Shown in pieces: positions 1 to 15,536 of a stretch of DNA of 64,000 nucleotides. Within the stretch, counting starts at the first letter, position 1, and every line of letters begins with the position of its first letter. The DNA comes from Eledone cirrhosa (Eukaryota), in contig OZ024744.1 in the NCBI GenBank assembly GCA_964016885.1, positions 91,512,001-91,576,000 on the forward strand. Reading direction: 5' to 3'. The notes beneath the pieces are model-generated. The model ran no database searches. It was not told the DNA's origin and saw only the letters and a list, made by a program, of their open reading frames with translations. Made by a program: the position numbers and the translations under genes.

Positions 1-633
1 TGGTGGTGAGGGAGAGCAGAGGAGTATGAGAAGGAGGAGGATGGTGGTGTTGGCAGTGATGATGATGATGATGGCGGTAGTGGTAGCTGTGGTGGTGGTG
101 GTGGTGAGGGAGAGCAGAGGAGTATGAGAAGGAGGAGGAGGAGGATGGTGGTGTTGGCAGTGATGATGATGATGGTGGTAGTGGTAGCTGTGGTGGTGGT
201 GGTGGTGGTGGTGGTGAGGGAGAGCAGAGGAGTATGAGAAGAAGGAGGAGGATGGTGGTGTTGGCAGTGATGATGATGATGGTGGCAGTAGTGGTAGCTG
301 TGGTGGTGGTGGTGAGGGAGAGCAGAGGAGTATGAGAAGAAGGAGGAGGATGGTGGTGTTGGCAGTGATGATGATGATGATGGCAGTAGTGGTAGCTGTG
401 GTGGTGGTGGTGGTGGTGAGGGAGAGAGCAGAGGAGTATGAGAAGAAGGAGGAGGATGGTGGTGTTGGCAGTGATGATGATGATGATGGCAGTAGTGGTA
501 GCTGTGGTGGTGGTGGTGGTGGTGGTGAGGGAGAGAGCAGAGGAGTATGAGAAGAAGGAGGAGGATGGTGGTGTTGACAGTGATGATGATGATGGCGGTG
601 GCAATGGCAGCAGTAGCTGTGGTGGTGGTGGTG
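1..633. repeat. ~100-bp compound minisatellite (GAG/GAT/GGT-rich), ~6 units
   Basis: gagggagagcagaggagtatgagaag...ggtgttggcagtgatgatg recurs at ~9, 106, 215, 313, 417, 527; the GGT run length varies. Confidence 0.9.
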
Positions 634-746
634 CTGAACAGTCATGTATAAATTCATATCCATGTGTGTCAGGTTCACTGTGAAGTTACCCCTCCCTTCT
701 CACCCACCCTGCACTCATAGTTCCACTGTGGGGTTGTTTCTTTCTA

Positions 747-1706
747 CAAGATACTCTCATGGAATGACCAAATGAGGTTTATTTTTCAACATAGTCCCTG
801 GAAAGAAACAATGTCGTTATTAATAAGAAGAGTTGAAATTAATACATGCACGATTTCACAGCTTTAGCATCACTCATTTATAGGCTGACCAAGATACTCT
901 CATGGAATGTCTAAATGAGGTTTATTTTTCAACATAGTCCCTGGAAAGAAACAATGCAGTTATTAATAAGAAGAGTGTAAATTAATGCATTACATGCAAA
1001 GATTTCACAGCTCTAGCATCACTCCTTCATAATCAGCTTATGGACTTTTCAGTTGACCCTGGAAAGAAACAATGTAGTTATTAATAAGAAGAGTGTAAAT
1101 TAATGCATTACATGCAAAAATTTCACAGCTCTAGCATCACTCTTTCATAGGTTGATCAAGATACTCTCATGAAATGACCAAATGAGGTTTATTTTTCAAC
1201 ATAGTCCCTGGGAAGAAACAATGTAGTTATTAATAAGAAGAGTTGAAATTAATACATGCACGATTTCACAGCTTTAGCATCACTCATTTATAGGCTGACC
1301 AAGATACTCTCATGGAATGTCTAAATGAGGTTTATTTTTCAACATAGTCCCTGGAAAGAAACAATGTAGTTATTAATAAGAAGAGTTGAAATTAATGCAT
1401 TACATGCAAAGATTTCACAGCCCTAGCATCACTCCTTCACAATCAGCTTATGGACTTTTCAGTTGACTCCCGAAAGAAACAATGTAGTTATTAATAAGAA
1501 AAGTTGAAATTAATGCATTACATGCAAAGATTTCACAGCTCTAGCATCACTCCTTCACAATCAGCTTATGGACTTTTCAGTTGACCCTGGAAAGAAACAA
1601 TGTAGTTATTAATAAGAAGAGTGTAAATTAATGCATTACATGCAAAGATTTCACAGCTCTAGCATCACTCCTTCACAATCAGCCTATGAACTCTTCAGTT
1701 GACCCT
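747..1706. repeat. Tandem array of two related 120-150 bp units
   Basis: gaaagaaacaatg..gttattaataagaa..gatttcacagc..tagcatcactc occurs 7 times (~800, 943, 1061, 1211, 1353, 1472, 1589) with two alternative linkers. Confidence 0.9.
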
Positions 1707-1744
1707 CATTTGTTAACCTGAATTGCTCCAGTCACAATATTGTT

Positions 1745-3226
1745 TACAGCATAGCTTTAGTTCAGTGACTGCAACAATCAATAGAGTAAAAGAAAGAGAT
1801 CAGACTTTGTATGCATATTTATTATATTTATAACCCACACCATATTGGAAGGTATACATGGCTTAGTGGTAAAGGTGTTGTTCCTGTAGTCGTTAAGTTA
1901 TGGGTTTGATTCCTGGACTGAGTGACACATTGTGTCTCTTCAGTTAAACCAAGGGACTGAAACATACTGACCTTTCTATAGGTGGCAGCAGAACCATATT
2001 TCTTATGGTGGGGGCCCATCCCTTTCCAAGTCTACAGTACCAGTACAGTGTGAAAAAAAAAGGGAGGGGTTAACCCTTTTGATACTAAACCACTTGAAAC
2101 TGCCCCTGGTCTTACTGAATATTATAAATTCTTTATATTTATCTAAAATCTTTCCCTCATAAAATTTTGAAAGTACCTTTGTTAAGTTACGATCCAAAAC
2201 ATGTGGTTAATAATGGCAAAATTAGTTATATTAATAAATCTATATATAAATTTGAGTGACTTCTGTCCATCCGTCACACAATGTGTGTTTGTATGAATGT
2301 ATGTGTTTGTAAAAGGAAGGAAGGGGATGGTGAAAAAAACTATAATAAAACAGCAGCTTGTGTTCCATTTGCTATGTTGTGTGTATGTGTGTTTATGTGC
2401 ATGTGTGTGTTTGTGTAAATGTATGTCTGTGAGTATGAATTTTTGTAAGTGTGTCTGTGTTTACATCTTTATATTTATATACTCATACATATACATGTAT
2501 GTGTGTGTTTGTGTAAATGTATATGTGTGTTTGTGTTAATGTATGTGAGAATGTCTGTCTGTGTGTATGTGAGAATGTCTGTCTGTGTGTATTTTTGTAA
2601 GGGTGTCTGTGTTTGCTAGTTTATATTTATATACTCATACATATAAATGTATGTTTATGCACATCATACACACATGCACACAAATGCCTCAGTGTGTTGA
2701 AAAAAATCCCAGTTCTTTAAAATTCTTGATTATTTTCATTAAATAAATGAATTACTTCAGTCACAATTTTTGGCAGTATCGGTAGAGGGTCGGGCGCCAT
2801 GCTTTGAAGCATAGAGTTACCTCCCTTTATGATCTGAGTTCAAATCCCGCCAAGGTTAACTTTGCCTTTCATCCTTACGGGGTCGATAAAATAAAGTACC
2901 ATTAATGTACTGGGATAATTGCTGGCCTTGTGCCAAAAGTAGAAACAATTATTTACAGTGAAGCTTTTATCCAATGACTGCAACAATTAATAGAGTAAAA
3001 AAAAAAAAAGATCAGACTTTGTATACATATTTATTTTATTTATAACCCACACTGTATTGGAAGGTACATGGCTTAGTGGTAAAGGGGTTGGTCTTGTAGT
3101 CATTAAGTTATGGGTTCCATTCCTGGACTGGGTGACATATTGTGTCTTTATAGTTGAACCAAGGGACTGTGAAACATACGGACCACAAACTAACTTTCTA
3201 TGGGTGGCGGCAGAACAATTTCTTCA
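1745..3226 (+). repeat. Local ~260-bp duplication (1745-2003 and 2952-3226), each copy with a degenerate tRNA-like SINE head
   Basis: tgactgcaacaat..aatagagtaaaa..gatcagactttgtat..catggcttagtggtaaagg..ttcctggactg..ggtggc.gcagaac is present twice. Confidence 0.8.
2770..2952 (+). mobile_element. tRNA-derived SINE, family S1 (Meta-like central domain)
   Basis: Box A tggcagtatcgg, box B gagttcaaatcc, core gcctttcatccttacggggtcgataaaataaagtacc, tail gtagaaacaattatt; more than 10 copies in the window. Confidence 0.85.
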
Positions 3227-3235
3227 TGACTAATA

Positions 3236-3318
3236 TCTACTACTACTTCTACTACTACTTCTACTACTACTACTACTACTACTACTACCACTACTACTAC
3301 TACTACTACTACTTCTAG

Positions 3319-3405
<87 letters not shown>

Positions 3406-3467
3406 TACTACTACTACTTCTTCTACTACTACTACTACTACTACTTCTACTACTACTATTACTACTT

Positions 3468-3498
<31 letters not shown>

Positions 3499-3671
3499 TA
3501 CTACTACTACCACTACTACTACTTCTACTTATACTACTACTACTACTTCTACTACTACTACTACTACTTCTACTTCTACTACTACCACTACTACTACTAC
3601 TACTTCTACTACTACTACTACTTCTTCTACTACTACTACTACTACTACTTCTACTACTACTATTACTACTT

Positions 3672-3708
<37 letters not shown>

Positions 3709-3779
3709 CACTACTACTACTTCTACTTATACTACTACTACTACTTCTACTACTACTACTACTACTTCTACTTCTACTA

Positions 3780-3811
<32 letters not shown>
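3236..3811. repeat. (CTA)n microsatellite with higher-order variants
   Basis: Direct inspection. Confidence 0.95.
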
Positions 3812-3812
<1 letters not shown>

Positions 3813-4227
3813 TGGCCACCAGAAGGACACCAGAAGTCTCCACTGCTACAGGCAGCCAACACTGCGCCAATGGTGGTGAGTAGGGAGGTGGTCCTAGAGC
3901 CAAGGGACACTAGAAGTCTCCACTGCTATGGACTCGACTGCAAATCTGTCGGAAGGCGACTGAATATTTGGAGAGTTTCCTCTCCTCCTCGGGCCCGAAG
4001 TGCAGCAGAGCCTGGATCAGTCGCAGACTGCACCAGGTTGCCACTGGAGAATGTGTGGAGAATGCTGCAAGTGGCACCCCCAGACAATGGGTTTACCACT
4101 GCAGAACGGCAAGATGGTCATTCTGTCCCCTCGGTCCAGCCCTGCCGGCTCAAGCTGCGAGAGGAAGCCTCCAGCATCCAAGCCATATATAGTTCTTATA
4201 ATTTCATATTATATATACTTTTACTAG

Positions 4228-4450
4228 GGCGGTGGATTGGCAGTATCGGTAGAGGGTCAGAGATCCTGTTTTCCAGCATAGAGTTATGGCCCCTTACGTT
4301 CTGAGTTCAAATTCTGCCGAGGTTAACTTTGCCTTTCATTATTATGAGGTTAACTTTGCCTTTCATCCTTACGGGGTCGATAAAATAAAGGACCAGTAAT
4401 ACACTGGGTAATTGCTGGCCTTGTGCCAAAAGTAGAAACAATTATTTATT
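4228..4450 (+). mobile_element. SINE S1 with a small internal duplication
   Basis: Same consensus; gaggttaactttgcctttcat is duplicated. Confidence 0.85.
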
Positions 4451-4499
4451 AGAATGCTGTTGTTATTATTTCTATTAGGCATGAATGAACATCACAAAC

Positions 4500-5620
4500 T
4501 CTCACTCTTTCTCTGTCTTTCTCTGTCTTTCTCTCTTCATCTCTACCTCTCTCTATCTCCTTGTGCCTCTTTGTCTCATTCTCTTTTTCCCTCTCTCTTT
4601 GTATCTTTTTGTCTATATCCCTTTCTCACTCTCTCTCGCCTTCTCTTGTTTTTCTCTTTCCTTCTTCCTCTCTTTCTCCTCCCTCTCACTCAATCCCTCT
4701 GTTTTTGTTTTTCTTTCTTCCTCTCTCTCTCTCCTTTTCTTTCTCTCTCCTCTCTCGCCCTATTTGTATCTCTCTGTCTCTTTCTCCCTCGTTTCTCTCT
4801 CTCGTTCTCTCTCCTTCCTCTTTCTTTCTCCCTCACTCTCTTTCCTCTTCTTCTCTATTTCTCCCTCATCCTCTCCCTCTCTTCCCATTTTCTCTCTTCT
4901 TCTCCCTTTCTTTCTCTCTTTCTTCCCTCCCCCTCTCTTTCTTTTTCTCTCTCTTTTTACCTTATAAAACATCATTGACTTGCTACACTAAAAAATATAT
5001 ATATATTATGTTAATTTATTCGTGGGTGGGGGTCAGCGGGGGGTGAGGGGCTTCCCCGTCCCCCCTCACACCCCTCATCTATAGTTATTCTTTTATTTAG
5101 TTATTATTTTTTTCATCTTTCTTCCTGCTTTTTGTTACTGCCACACACACACACATATATAGACACATATGTACATGCACATCATGCAACACAGACACAC
5201 ACATATATACATGCAACACATACACACACACATACACATACATGTACATGTACACACACATACACATACATGTACATGTACACACACATACACATGCACA
5301 TGTATGTACAGACACTCAGACATACATGTACATACACACGCACACATGTACATACACACACACACATGTACATACACACGCACACATGCACATACACACG
5401 CACACATGTACATACGTGTACATACACACGCACACGTGTACATACACACGCACATGTGTACATACGCACACACATACATATATACTTACACACACACATA
5501 AATGTACAGACACACACAAATACATGTACAGACACACACACACACACATACATGTACGCACACACACACACACTTGTATATACACACACACACACACTTG
5601 TATATATACACACACACTTT
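4500..5620. repeat. CT-rich and CA/TACA-rich microsatellite tracts
   Basis: Direct inspection. Confidence 0.9.
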
Positions 5621-5897
5621 TTTTTTCCTAACATGTCAAGTCTGTGACCTAGTTTTGTTGTTCTGGTTATGGTGGCTATTCCACGTCACATCACTAAATG
5701 ATGTCTTTGAGGGGGCGGACGGGGGGGGGGGGGTTAAGGGGTAGGGGAAGATGGGGTAGGGGAAAGAGAGAGTGGGGGAGACAAAACACAACAACAACAA
5801 CAACAACAACAATTAAATAAATAATAAAAAAAAATAATATATATATATATATATATGTTTTCCATAGTTATGTCACTATTTATAAAACAAATTTTGT

Positions 5898-5960
5898 ATT
5901 TTATCTGATGAAAGCGCACCAAGATTGGCTTGGTCGCCCTTGAAATATATATAATAAAAT
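5898..5960 (+). ncRNA. Minimal type-I hammerhead ribozyme motif, family A
   Basis: attttat-CTGATGA-stem II (accaag..cttggt)-GAAA-TATATA-TA-ataaaat; stem I attttat/ataaaat is fully complementary. Confidence 0.75.
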
Positions 5961-6132
5961 AATTATGGTTTTATAAATATACTTTCCATTTATTAATATA
6001 TTGTATATATATACTATTATTGATCTATATAAATATTATTGATATATATACTATTATTGATCTATGTAAAATATATTACAAAATATCATAGTAACAAAAT
6101 ATACATACATCTTCCCTCCCCGCCGTCTTCAG

Positions 6133-6148
6133 ATTCTGAAGACGGTGG

Positions 6149-6187
<39 letters not shown>

Positions 6188-6326
6188 CACACATATAAAA
6201 TATATTACGGCGGGTAGTAAATACGTATGTATATTTTGTTACTATGATATTTTGTAATATATTTTACATAGATCAATAATAGAATGGACATATGGGGAAC
6301 CACTGCCCAGAAACGATCGTAAAATT
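6133..6326 (+). ncRNA. Hammerhead motif with long stem II, family B, interrupted by a (TA)n insert
   Basis: CTGAAGA at 6136; gggtagt/actgccc helix; GAAA-CGATCG-TA at 6310-6321; inverted partial copy at 6052-6132. Confidence 0.55.
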
Positions 6327-6614
6327 AATGAGTTTTACTATGAATTAACCGTTTTTTCTTTAATTTCATTGTTTTCACTATTTGTATGTTAGTTCTATCG
6401 TTGCTCTGGTATATATATATATTGTGTGTTAGTTTGGCCTACCACAATGTTCGATTTGTCAAGCTATTTAAACGTATGTTATTACTCTATTACTTATCGA
6501 GTGCTTTGCTAACTCATCATTTCATATAAGTAGACCGAATTCACTTGCAAACCCGCCAGAGATTCGATTTTACTGATTTCCAATTATATATATATATATA
6601 TATAAAGTAATAAA

Positions 6615-6728
6615 TAACTGTTTCTACTTTTGGCACAAGGCCTGCCATTACTCTAGTGTATTACAGGTACTTTATTTTATTGACCCCCGTAAGGACGAAA
6701 GGCAAAGTTAACCTCGGCAGGATTTGAA
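6615..6728 (-). mobile_element. SINE S1, 3' half
   Basis: Reverse complement of the S1 core and tail. Confidence 0.8.
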
Positions 6729-6899
6729 ATAACATGAATGATGTGGTGCAATCTTGATTCCTCCGCAGCAGCCCAGCCCCCACCCTGTTGCAGCACCCCC
6801 TTGCCCTACTAACCACTCCACCTACCCACCCACCCACCCCCACCTGTCATCCAACCCCATCCCACCTGCCACATCCTCTTATAAATCTGAAATCTTGTA

Positions 6900-8840
<1,941 letters not shown>

Positions 8841-8851
8841 TCATTATAATA

Positions 8852-9035
8852 AATGTTTCTACTTTTGGCACAAGGCCAGCACTTACCCCAGTACATTACT
8901 GGTACTTTATTTTATTGACCCCGTAAGGATGAAAGGCAATGTTGACCTCGGCGGGATTTGAACTCAGAATGGAAAGGGCCGTAACTCTATGCGTCAAAGC
9001 ATGGCGTCCGACCCTCTACTGATACTGCCCAGCCA
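8852..9035 (-). mobile_element. SINE S1, near full length
   Basis: Reverse complement of the S1 consensus including A/B boxes. Confidence 0.85.
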
Positions 9036-9374
9036 CATTTTTATTGGCATTTTCTTCTTTTCCTCAATCTTCATTCTTCTTCTAATTATTTATTTTTATA
9101 TTATTATTCCAATATTTTTTTTAAATTGTTTTTTTCATTTCTTTCTATAGTTTCTTCATTATTTATTTCATCCATCTTTCTTCAATCTTCTTCTTCTTAC
9201 CCCCCCCCCCCCCTTCTCCTCCTCCTCCTTCTTCTTCTTCTTCTTCTTCTTTCTCGATAATGTTTTTTTTAACGTTTCTAGATTCTTGTGGAGGGTGCTT
9301 GACTATTCCAGAGTCCTAGCCTCGTTATCATCTGTAGTAATTAATGTCATCAATATCTTGGTTTGTCTCAAAAA

Positions 9375-9830
9375 ATGTTTAGAGGGCAAAACCCACAATC
9401 TCTGTTGTAGTGTGTAATTGAATATGGTGGGTGATTTCCCTTTTCTTTTAGAGAGTAACACCAACGCACCCTGTTGCTGTGTGTAATTCAGTATAGGTGC
9501 CCCCCCCCCCTCATTTTTAGAAGGTAACACCAACACACCATGTTGTAGTGTGTAACTAATTATTTAGGTGTCTTCCTTTTTTTAGAGGGCAACACTTGCA
9601 TTCTTTGACGTAGTAATCCAATAAAGGTGCCTTGCCCCTTTTGTTACAGAGTAACACCAACATACCCTGTTGTAATGTGTAATTCAATATAGGTGTTTTT
9701 CCTCGTTTTTAGAGGGTAACAACATATCCTTTTCTAGTGTGTAATTAATTGTCTTCTCACTTTTTAGGGGCAACACCAATATTCCCTTTTGTAGTGTTTA
9801 ATTCAGTATAAGAATCCACTCCCTATTTTA
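9375..9830. repeat. Old, degenerate ~60-65 bp minisatellite, ~7 units
   Basis: ttttagagggcaacacc..ctgttgtagtgtgtaatt..ataggtg recurs. Confidence 0.75.
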
Positions 9831-9853
9831 ACGGAAAAGTTGCAATATCAGAA

Positions 9854-9883
9854 GGAGACCTTACTTTTGGGATTGCCCTCGTA
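9854..9883 (-). mobile_element. Solitary mariner-type terminal inverted repeat
   Basis: Minus strand reads TA-CGAGGGCAATCCCAAAAGTAAGGTCTCC, resembling mariner TIRs; no partner end seen. Confidence 0.5.
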
Positions 9884-10021
9884 TCTCAGTGGGTGCGACC
9901 AGATTTCAACACAGCAACAACAGCAACTACAACAACAACAGCAACTGCAACAACAATAACAGCAACAACACCATTGTCTGTGTTGAATGAGTGTGTATGT
10001 ATGCATGTATATATATATATA

Positions 10022-10060
<39 letters not shown>

Positions 10061-10739
10061 AAGTGTATCTATCACACACACGAAGCGACCAAATTTCAAA
10101 ATTTCAACTCAACGACTACAACAACAGCAACAACAAGAGCAACAGCAACAACAACAGCAACAACAACAACAACAACAGCAACAACACCATTGTCTGCAGC
10201 AGCAGCAGCATCAGTGAAATGAACAACAACAACGGCAGCAGCAGCAACAACAACAACGGCAGCAGCAGCAACAACAACAACAACAACTGCCATCACGATC
10301 CACCACCACCACCACCACCACCACCACCACCACCATCACCATCAATCAGGACTTAAGAAGAAGAAAACAACTATAATAATAGTAATAACTATTCTGTTCT
10401 TGGCATGGGGCAGCAATTGTCCCAGTACATTGCTGGTGCCTTGTTTTGGGCCTGGAGCGTGGAGGGCCGTTGCTCTATGCTGGAAAGCAAACAATTATTA
10501 TTATTATATAAAAACTGAACTGTAAAAGTCAACAGTTGACATGATCTTGTATCAGTACTGATGGTAATATATGTATGTGTGTGTGTGTGAGTGGCGTGTG
10601 TGTGTTTGTATGCATGAGTGTTGGTGTGTGTGTGAGTGTGTGTGTGTGTGTGTGTGCCGTGAGTGTCAATAAGTGGTGTAATTTTTTTTTTTTTTAATGA
10701 CCATGCTGTAAAATGGAGGGTAGAGAGGGCCCATGAGTC

Positions 10740-13700
10740 CAGTAAGACAGCCTCTCTAGTGCTGGTGGCACAAATAAAAGCACCCAGTCCATGCTGTAAA
10801 GTGGCACTGGTGTTAGGAAGGGCATCCAACCAATGTATCAATGCCAAAACAATTATGAGCACAGCAACAAATATATACGAACAACAAAAATATGAAGACA
10901 TCACATCTCAGAGTTGCAACACTTAATGTTGGCACTCTCACAGGTAGATCTGGTGAAATAGTGGAGATGCTGGAGAGAAGGCATGTGGATGTGTGCTGCG
11001 TGCAAGAGGTGAGATGGAGAGGTGTCTCTGCAAGACTAGTCGCAGGCAAACATCTTAGCTATAAGCTTTTCTGGGTAGGTAAGGATGATGGGTTAGGGGA
11101 AGTAGGCATTTTGCTGGCTGAGAGATGGATCAATAAGACAATAGAGGTAGTTCGAGTTAATAATCGAATAATTAAGCTTAGATTAGTTGTAGGCAGGAGA
11201 CTACTGACAATCATCTCTGCCTATGCTCCCCAAGCAGGCCTAGGCAAAGAAGAGAAAGACTGCTTTTACGAGCAACTTTTACAAACAACCGCAATGACAG
11301 AGGACAGAGACATCGTTATGCTAGCAGGGGACTTCAATGGTCATGTTGGACAGCTCTAGGATGGTTACACTGGGGTACATGGTGGGCACGGTTACGGCTC
11401 AAGAAATGAAGAAAGAGTGAGACTTCTTGAATTTTGTGATGCAAGTACACTGACTATTTGCAACACTAACTTCCAGAAACCTGCCAACCACCTAATAACC
11501 TACAAATCAGGCGAGCACATAAGCCAGATTAACTTCTTACTAGTTAGGCAGTGGGACAGGCAGATGGTGTCAAATACCAAGGCATACTCTGGGGAAGAAT
11601 GTACCCCACAGCATAGGTTAGTCGTTAGTGATATCTCAATAAGCAAGAGAAGGAATGAGACATACAGGAAGGTGTGGAGAAGAAAGGTCTGGAAGCTAAA
11701 AGACCTTTCACTAAAATACAAATTTAGGAAAACCCTTCAAGATGTGTATGACGAAAAAGAAGACAATTTAGAGTCATATGACATAGATAATAACTGGAAT
11801 TTCTTACATGAAAACTTACTGCAGGCTACTGATGAAACTTGTGGCTGGAGCAGAGTTCCAACCAGACAGAGAGTGACCTGGTGGTGGAACAGCACAGTAG
11901 ATAGGGCCATTAGAGACAAAAGACTAGCATGGAAGGCTTGGAAAAAGGGTGGGAGTAGAAAAGGATATACAGCTGCTAAGAGAGAAGCTAGTAGACATCA
12001 GGTGTACTTAGCACGCAGGGAGGCTGAGAGTAGGAGGTTTGCCAATGTTCTGCAATGGGAAGATCAGAGGCGTGCGGTGTTCCACATTGCAAGGCAGTGT
12101 GTCAATGCAAATCAGGATGTTGTTGGAGATAAATGTCTCCGGAATGATGCTGGTGTACTTAGTGCCATGAATGATCAGAAAAAGGATGCCTGGAAATGTC
12201 ATTATGAGAGACTGATGTATGTGGAGAACGAATGGGAGAGAGAGAAATTACCCTCAGTAGATCCGACAGAGGGACCAGCTATTGAGATTGACGGATATAG
12301 GGTCCAAGAGGCGATTAAGGAAATGAAAAATGGTAAGGCTGCTGGATCGTCGGGGATAGTTGCTGAGATGATGAAGGCATCAGGAGACGTAGGCATTAAA
12401 CTGGTTGCATGCATCATCAATCAGGCTATATATGGTGGTGTCATACCCAAAGACTGGTGCAGCAGTATTCTCATAAATTGCTACAAAGGTAAAGGGGATG
12501 CTCTGGAGAGGAGCAATTATAGGGGCATAACACTGATGGATCAGGTTAAGAAAGTGGCAGAAAGGATATTAGCACAACTAGTTAGAGAAAGGGAAGAGTA
12601 CAACAGATGCCCTCTTCTTGGTGAGACAATTACAAGAGAGGTTCTTCGAGAAGAATAAGCCACTATACTTAGCCTTTGTTGACCTAGAGAAGGCCTTTGA
12701 TAGGGTATCCCGATCTGTCATCTGGTAGTCCCTAAGAAAACTAGGTGTTGAGGAATGGCTTGTGAGGACAGTGCAAACTTTGTACAGAGGTGTTGTCAGT
12801 AAAGTGAGGGTAGGAATGGAGCTTAGTGAGGAATTTCAGGTACAAGTAGGAGTACATCAAGGTTCGGTCTTCAGCTCGCTCTTGTTTATTATAATCCTCC
12901 AAGCTATAACAGAGGAGTTTAAGACTGGCTGTCCATGGGAACTTCTCTATGCTGACGATCTGGTTCTTATAGCAGAATCAGTAGAGGAGCTAGAGAATAA
13001 ATTCTGGCTATGGAAACAGCAGTTGGAAGCAAGAGGACTGAGAGTGAACCTAGCTAAGACAAAAGTGTTGATGAGTAGAAAAGAGGACAAATCTCTGATT
13101 CTGTCAGGGAAATGGCCATGTTCGATATGCATAAATTCTATAAAGTGCACACAATGCAGATCCTGGGTACACAAGAGATGTAGTGGGATAGCAGGCAAAC
13201 TAACAGGTAGTAAGAAATATGCAGTAGATGTACAGGGAAATTAGACAGTAGAAATCACATTGATAGACACATTTTTGAAATGCAGGCGGGTGCTATAGAA
13301 GTGGTGGATAGCTTCCGATACCTAGGAGATCAGATTAGCATGGGAGGGGGTGTTCCGAGGCCAGAGTATCTAGAATAAGGACGGCGGGTTGGAAGAAGTT
13401 TAGGGAGCTGCTTCCTCTGCTGATGAAGAAGGGTTTCTCCCTGCGTACGAAATGCTGATTATATGATGCCTGTGTGAGGAGCGCGATGCTGCATGGTAGT
13501 GAGACATGGGCAGCGGCTGCGGAAGATATGCAACAGCTGGAGAGAAATGAGGCAAGCATGCTCCGTTGGATGTGCAATGTCAATGTGCGTGAATGACCCA
13601 GCATGAATGTGTTGAGAGAGAAACTGTGTCTGAGAGGGATAGAATGTAGAGGAGACTGAGGTGGTATGGACATGTGATACGCATGGAGGATGAAGGATGG

Positions 13701-13919
13701 GTGAAGAAGTGCCAGGAAATGCCAGTTGAAGGAAGACGTGGTAGAGGTAGACCACGAAAAACATGGGCGGAGGTGGTGAGAACAGACCTCAGATCATTGA
13801 AGCTCACGGTGGAGATGACGAAGGACCGTGACAAGTGGAGAGATGCTGTGCTGAATAAGACCCGTCCCACCCTTGCTAGCAGGGAAGAGCGGACGTAAAA
13901 TGATGATGATGATGATGAT
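10740..13919 (+). mobile_element. RTE-clade LINE copy 1, near full length, inactivated
   Basis: APE endonuclease (TLNVGTL, QEVRW, SAYAPQ, GDFNGH), RT (GVHQGSV, LLYADD), C-terminal GRGRPRKTW, 3' end ggacgtaaaa(tga)n; several stops and frameshifts. Confidence 0.95.
10892..13898 (+). pseudogene. Disrupted APE-RT ORF of RTE copy 1
   Basis: ORF pieces 10892-11359, 11417-12658, 12762-13244 and 13674-13898 are collinear with RTE copy 3. Confidence 0.9.
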
Positions 13920-14023
13920 TTCTAATGACATACATCGTATCTCAATTGATTATTGAAGAATTTTGAGAGTTATACTAAAATTATTGATCGGAGAATGGAG
14001 TGCAGGAACATGTATATATATAT

Positions 14024-14915
14024 ACCACCATCATCACCATCATCATCACCACCACCACCACCATCATCACCATCATCATCACCATCACCACCACCACCAC
14101 CACCATCATCACCACCACCACCACCATCACCACCACCATCATCACCATTACCACTGCCATCATTACCACCACCAACATCACTACTGCCATCATCATCATC
14201 ACCACCACAACCACCGTCATCAACATCACCATCATCACCATCACCACCACCATCACCACCACCATCACCACCACCATCACCATCATCATCACCACCACCA
14301 TCACCACCACCACCACACTCATCACCACCACCACTATCACCATCACCACCACCACCACTATCACCATCACCACCATCACCACCATCACTACCACCACCAT
14401 CACCACCATCACCACCACCACACTCATCACCACCACAACCACTACCACTGCCACCACCACCACCATCACCACCACCATCACCACCACCACACTCATCACC
14501 ACCTCCACCATCACCACCACCATCACCACCATCACCACCACCATCACCACCACCATCACCGCCATCACCATCACCACCATCACCACCACCACACTCATCA
14601 CCACCACGACCACTACCACTGCCACCACCACCACCATCACCATCACCACCATCACCACCATCACCACCACCACCATCACCACCATCACCACCACCACCAT
14701 CAACCCCATCACCACCATCACCACCACAATCACCACCACCGCACTCACCACCACCACCACCATCACCACTGCCATCATCACCATCACCACCACCATCACC
14801 ACCACCACACTCATCACCACCACCACCACCACCATCACGACTACCATACTCATCACCACCATCACCACACCATCAGCACCACCACTGCCATCATCATTAT
14901 CACCACCACCACCAC
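14024..14915. repeat. (CAC/CAT)n microsatellite
   Basis: Direct inspection. Confidence 0.95.
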
Positions 14916-15536
14916 ATGACTTTGTAGTATGTACTATGCTCTCGCTAAAGATTTCAAGGGCCCATGTGATTGAGACATATACACAGACCCCTTATCAATC
15001 CTCACTCCCTTGATCCAGCAGAACATCCAAAATATGACAGCTACAATGAAAGGGACCAGGGAGTGGGGGTTACACCAGTCTTGGCTGGGTTTATGGGGGG
15101 GGGGCTGAATCTGCTAATGCCCTTGGTACTCTTTGTCAAATTAGGCCACCTCTAGGAACAGCCCTGGACCACCCAAACCTAAACTGCCCCAGGTCCTCCC
15201 AAGGTCTAAAATATGACCCTGGCACCAGTACCGGGCTGGTGGTAATTTCTTTATCGACCCCGAAAAGATAAAAGGTAAAGAGGTCTTCGGTAGGATTTGA
15301 ACTCAGAATGCAGCGCAGAGTCCTGGAACAAATGTCCAATGTTCTGACAGCTCTGCCAAATAGACAGCCTTGTTATCGATCTAAGAACATTAAAATCAAT
15401 AAATGCCATTTAAATTTTATCTTTGTTATCTCTTTTATTTTTTCTAAATTGAAATGCTGTTAAAATTAATTACATCTTGATTTTTCATTTCATGTTACAT
15501 CTCATGGAATAAATACCAGTAATATATGGTTTAAAG

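Noticed and set aside
2237-2622. Possible second Helitron (TCTATATATA start, CTAG at ~2617)
   Set aside because: No subterminal hairpin, and the interior is simple repeat
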